The notes under the pieces are model-generated. The model saw only the letters and a program-made list of their open reading frames with translations. It was not told where the DNA came from and made no database searches. From an uncultured virus (IMG/VR IMGVR_UViG_3300031949_000021) (Duplodnaviria > Heunggongvirae > Uroviricota > Caudoviricetes), in IMG/VR virus record IMGVR_UViG_3300031949_000021: a DNA stretch of 20,000 nucleotides; one strand, written 5' to 3'. Below are positions 16,494-20,000 of the stretch, one piece after another (positions within the stretch are counted from its first letter, which is position 1; each line of letters starts with the position of its first letter). A program made the translations under genes and the position numbers.

Positions 16494-17362
16494 TGCCGAG
16501 TAATTATGTTCGTTTTCTAGTATATAGGGATGATATTCTTGTTGGTCAAGTAGATCAACAGTGTAATTATACTATGAGTTTTAATAATATTGTTTCTTAT
16601 AGGCAACTCGCTTCTAGAATAGATTATAAAGAATCAAATTTCTATTCTTGTGAAGCTTATACTAAGTTATCTAATTCTTTTTTATCACCAGCATATCCTA
16701 TAACTTGGGATATTTTAAATGAGGATTGGGATTGGTATTTTCCTATAACGGAAGAATATGGTGATCCTCCTCCTTGGTGGTGGGAGGGGGATGTTGGTTT
16801 TTGGTACGTTAAGTTGACACACTCTCCCCATACGCATACTGATCCTATTGATTTTAAAGTTACTCCTCATGAACTTTATGTTCATTTGTTTAATCAGGAA
16901 GGGCATAATGATAATACTGTTTTTACAGTGGATAGAAATTTTTTGTCTTTATATAATAAGTGGACTTTTGAAGTAAATTATAGATGCTATAGGGTATACT
17001 CTGGTCTAGAAACTAGTCCAATATCCTATTGGTATTTTTATGATAACACAAAGTATCTTCGTTTCTTTATTTATAAAAACGGAGTTGCCCTTTTAGCAAA
17101 TGGATATGGAATGTATCCATATAGTTGGGGTTTTTCTACGGGTGAAAATTTTGATAATATTTATCATGCATATAGAGTTTGTGTTGTTAATTACCCTGAA
17201 GGCTTTCCCCCAGAACCAGAACCACCAGGTCCAGGAGAAGCAAGTCTAGGAGCCGCGCAATTTAATAGGTGGAATACAGCAATAGGAGATAAAGGTAAAC
17301 AACATAAAGCTATTGACCTAATTTGGGGAAAGTCTAAAATACCAAGGATAAAAGGAGTGTGA
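16493..17362 (+). CDS. Aromatic-rich hypothetical protein, possible tail tip/receptor-binding component
   Basis: TAATG coupling. Very Tyr/Trp/Phe-rich, with a Pro-rich linker (PPEPEPPGPG) before a basic C-terminus. Confidence 0.5.
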   Translation: MPSNYVRFLVYRDDILVGQVDQQCNYTMSFNNIVSYRQLASRIDYKESNFYSCEAYTKLSNSFLSPAYPITWDILNEDWDWYFPITEEYGDPPPWWWEGDVGFWYVKLTHSPHTHTDPIDFKVTPHELYVHLFNQEGHNDNTVFTVDRNFLSLYNKWTFEVNYRCYRVYSGLETSPISYWYFYDNTKYLRFFIYKNGVALLANGYGMYPYSWGFSTGENFDNIYHAYRVCVVNYPEGFPPEPEPPGPGEASLGAAQFNRWNTAIGDKGKQHKAIDLIWGKSKIPRIKGV

Positions 17363-17368
17363 TTTTAA

Positions 17369-18901
17369 ATGCCAGAATGGTTGGGTGAAACATCATGGAA
17401 AACAGCTTATTTTGGATTACAGGTTTTAAGGGGACAAGCGGTATCAGAAGATAATTATGCTTTTACTGATGCAGATAGAGTATTAATAGATAAGCTATTA
17501 AATCAAATTTTTATACATCAGCATACAGGAGAAGGGGCATTAACAAACCCTTTAAATGAGGCTACTCCAAGTGAAACTGTAACATTAGAACAAACTGTTA
17601 CTGGAGGAGCTATTCCAGCAGGGGTATTAATGTGCTATAGGGTGTCTTTTTATGATGAGACAGGAGAAACAGTAGCAAGCGAGGAACAAACAATAGCTAC
17701 ACTATCTCCAGTAGCAGATCCTTCATACCCATCTGTAGAAACAGCAACTACAGGAGGAACTTTAGCTCCAGGACAATACTTTTATGCTGTTTCAGCAGTT
17801 AAGGGAAATGGGGAAACTTATCCTTCTAGTCCAGCAGCAATAGTTGTACCAACAACAACAAGCACAAATAAAAATACTTTAACATTACCCTCACCACCTT
17901 CAGGAGCAACACACTGGAAAATATATCGTAAAATAGGGGAAAGTAGTTATTACTATTTAACTCAGATAACTGTTGCTACATTTACTTGGGAAGATACAGG
18001 AATAGCAAATGGAGCAGAGGGTTTACCACAAGAAAATAACACAAATAGTGAAAATAAAGTAACTATAACATTATCCGGATATCCAGTAGGGGCAACTGGC
18101 TATAGAATATATCGAAGTATTATTAGTGGGTATTATCCCTCATATAATTTACTTGTAGATCAAACAATAGGAGCAACACCAGATTTAATTCAAGAAGATA
18201 TATATCAAACACCAGAATATGGTGTGCCATTAGATGCAAGTGGAACATATGGAGCCCCTCCAGAAGTTAATTTAGCTTCTGAAGTAATAGGGCACTTATT
18301 GACAAGTCATATAACACCATTAGATGCTAATATAGATTTTGCAAAGTATCAAGCATTACAATTTGTAGTACATAAAGCAACATCAGCTCCACTTACCCCA
18401 GTTGAAGGCCAAGTATGGGAGGATACAACTACCAATAAGTTGTATATTTATTTAAATGCTGAATGGAGATTAGTATTTACAAGCAATGTTAATTTTTATC
18501 AGTGGGCATCTCCTTCATTTATTGTACCAGGTAGTCTTTGGGATGATAGTTTGGCGACACCAACAATAAAAGTATGTAATATAACACAAAAACCAGCAGG
18601 AAATTTAACAATTATAGAAGTACATGCACATGTTAAAACTGCACCAGTAGCAGCAGCAACACCCATAAGTCTTGGAGTAAGAATTGATATAAAAAAAGAT
18701 GGGTCGTCTATATTTATTAATGATGCCGCTAAACCAATAATTCTTAATGGACAATATGATGGGTATTCTACCACAATTCAAACAACTGCTTTAGTTAAGA
18801 ATAGTAATCTTACAATGGTAATTGATACAGTTGATGATATCCATACAGCAGCTGATCTTGAGACTTTTGTACGATGTAAACAATATTTATTAGTTGAGTA
18901 G
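17369..18901 (+). CDS. Minor tail/fibre protein with two FnIII-like modules and a C-terminal beta domain
   Basis: Repeated GG.(I/L)..G...Y.VS.....GET..S and GAT.(W/Y).IYR motifs. Fibre-type motif APLTPVEGQVWEDTTTNKLYIY...W. C-terminal KTAP...IDIKKDGSSIF domain. Confidence 0.7.
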   Translation: MPEWLGETSWKTAYFGLQVLRGQAVSEDNYAFTDADRVLIDKLLNQIFIHQHTGEGALTNPLNEATPSETVTLEQTVTGGAIPAGVLMCYRVSFYDETGETVASEEQTIATLSPVADPSYPSVETATTGGTLAPGQYFYAVSAVKGNGETYPSSPAAIVVPTTTSTNKNTLTLPSPPSGATHWKIYRKIGESSYYYLTQITVATFTWEDTGIANGAEGLPQENNTNSENKVTITLSGYPVGATGYRIYRSIISGYYPSYNLLVDQTIGATPDLIQEDIYQTPEYGVPLDASGTYGAPPEVNLASEVIGHLLTSHITPLDANIDFAKYQALQFVVHKATSAPLTPVEGQVWEDTTTNKLYIYLNAEWRLVFTSNVNFYQWASPSFIVPGSLWDDSLATPTIKVCNITQKPAGNLTIIEVHAHVKTAPVAAATPISLGVRIDIKKDGSSIFINDAAKPIILNGQYDGYSTTIQTTALVKNSNLTMVIDTVDDIHTAADLETFVRCKQYLLVE

Positions 18902-18911
18902 GTGATATAAA

Positions 18912-20000
18912 ATGGCAACACTAGAAGTTTCAGTAGCACAAAGCACAGATGACTGTCGAACATATGGTCCATTAGGAAGAAAAAATCATACTGCAATAAG
19001 TTTAACAGTAGTTAATGGCAGTTTTGGTGGGGGATATGGAGCTTATTATTGTGGCTCTTTTAGATTTCAAAATATAACTATTCCAAAAGATAGTACAATA
19101 ACAGCGGCTTATATAACGATGACGTGTGCATTTTCGACCTCGGCGACATGCCAATCTACAATATATGGTGAAGCATCAGATAACGCAGCTACATTTTCCA
19201 CGTTAGGTAACTATCTGGCTAGAGATAACACCTCTGCTTCTGTATCTTGGAATCCTAGCACATGGACTCTTGGGAGTTCTTATTCTTCTCCAAGTATTGT
19301 TAGTATAATTCAAGAACTTGTTAATCGCACAGGATGGGTATCAGGAAATTCTTTAGCTATATTTCTTGATGGTACATATACAACTGGTGGCGGAGATAAC
19401 GGAAGATATCCTGCATCTTGGGATCATGCAACATATACAGAAGCATTAATTCACATTGAGTATACCGAACCCGCATCACCACCAACGCAGTCAGCTATTG
19501 CCCCATCGTCAGGTATTCAAGGTGATATAATAAACGACGCCAGTATTAGCGGAACAGATTTTGTAGATGGGGCTACAATAAAACTTACTAAGATAGGTGA
19601 ATCGGATATTAATGGAACAGATGTAACATTTATAGATTCTACTGAATTGACTTGTGATTTTAATCTAACAGGGGCAATTGTAGGAGAATGGGCTGTTGTC
19701 GTAACAAACCCTGATGCGCAAGAATGTGATACTCCTGTGATATTTGAAGTTTTAGCACTTCCCCCAGCACAGTCAAGTATTAATCCTTCTAGTGGATATG
19801 CTGATGAGACTATAGAAGGAGCGACTATATCTGGAACCGATTTTGTTGATGGAGCAACAATTAAGTTGACTAAGATAGGTGAATCGGATATTAATGGAAC
19901 AGATGTAACATTTATAGATTCTACTGAATTGACTTGTGATTTTAATCTAACAGGGGCAATTGTAGGAGAATGGGCTGTTGTCGTAACTAACCTAGATGCT
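18912..20000 (+). CDS. Virion surface/adhesin-like protein with an N-terminal beta-sandwich and tandem IPT/TIG (Ig-like) repeats; 3'-truncated
   Basis: Not in the ORF track because there is no stop in the window. ATG 18912 follows AGGTGA and is open for 363 codons: MATLEVSVAQSTDD...FRFQNITIPKDSTITAAYI...IIQELVNRTGWVSGNSL..., then two 94-aa units (I.PSSG...ISGTDFVDGATIKL...GEWAVVVTN). Confidence 0.85.
   Translation, partial: MATLEVSVAQSTDDCRTYGPLGRKNHTAISLTVVNGSFGGGYGAYYCGSFRFQNITIPKDSTITAAYITMTCAFSTSATCQSTIYGEASDNAATFSTLGNYLARDNTSASVSWNPSTWTLGSSYSSPSIVSIIQELVNRTGWVSGNSLAIFLDGTYTTGGGDNGRYPASWDHATYTEALIHIEYTEPASPPTQSAIAPSSGIQGDIINDASISGTDFVDGATIKLTKIGESDINGTDVTFIDSTELTCDFNLTGAIVGEWAVVVTNPDAQECDTPVIFEVLALPPAQSSINPSSGYADETIEGATISGTDFVDGATIKLTKIGESDINGTDVTFIDSTELTCDFNLTGAIVGEWAVVVTNLDA
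19479..20000 (+). repeat. Tandem 282-bp coding repeat containing an identical 119-bp tract (19587-19705 = 19869-19987)
   Basis: Direct base-by-base comparison of the two copies. Confidence 0.95.

Noticed and set aside
7216..18996. Minus-strand ORFs in the track (7216, 7750, 9209, 9488, 10520, 10835, 15205, 15480, 16715, 18499, 18778)
   Set aside because: All are short, lie antisense to well-supported + strand genes and show no recognisable motifs, so they are treated as shadow ORFs.
19479..20000. DGR template/variable repeat pair or CRISPR array
   Set aside because: The repeats are in-frame protein domains, mismatches are mostly synonymous and not adenine-restricted, and there is no reverse transcriptase or spacer pattern in the window.
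1..20000. Stop-codon reassignment (alternative genetic code)
   Set aside because: TAA, TAG and TGA all end genes right before the next SD or start, and coding density is already high under code 11.

Overview
AT-rich (roughly 30-35% GC by eye) phage or prophage DNA. All credible genes are on the + strand and form a tightly packed neck-and-tail morphogenesis operon of a long, non-contractile-tailed (siphovirus-like) virus; no sheath, capsid or terminase gene is seen here. Gene order: 5'-truncated IscB-like RuvC/HNH nuclease, three small putative virion proteins, head-tail adaptor, Zn-motif head closure protein, hypothetical, HK97 gp10-like neck protein, tail terminator, HTH-LAGLIDADG endonuclease, internally duplicated major tail protein, frameshifted NUMOD3-HNH endonuclease, a GC-rich two-state RNA structure, tail assembly chaperone with an A_AAA_AAC -1 frameshift, double-motif LAGLIDADG endonuclease, 1214-aa tape measure protein, Dit-like protein, HTH-HNH gene lacking its catalytic core, hub/Tal-like protein, minor tail proteins, and a 3'-truncated ORF missed by the ORF track with IPT/TIG repeats sharing a 119-bp identical tract. 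Most notable are the five selfish-nuclease genes wedged into the essential operon, including the IscB. All calls come from motif reading and synteny, not from database searches.
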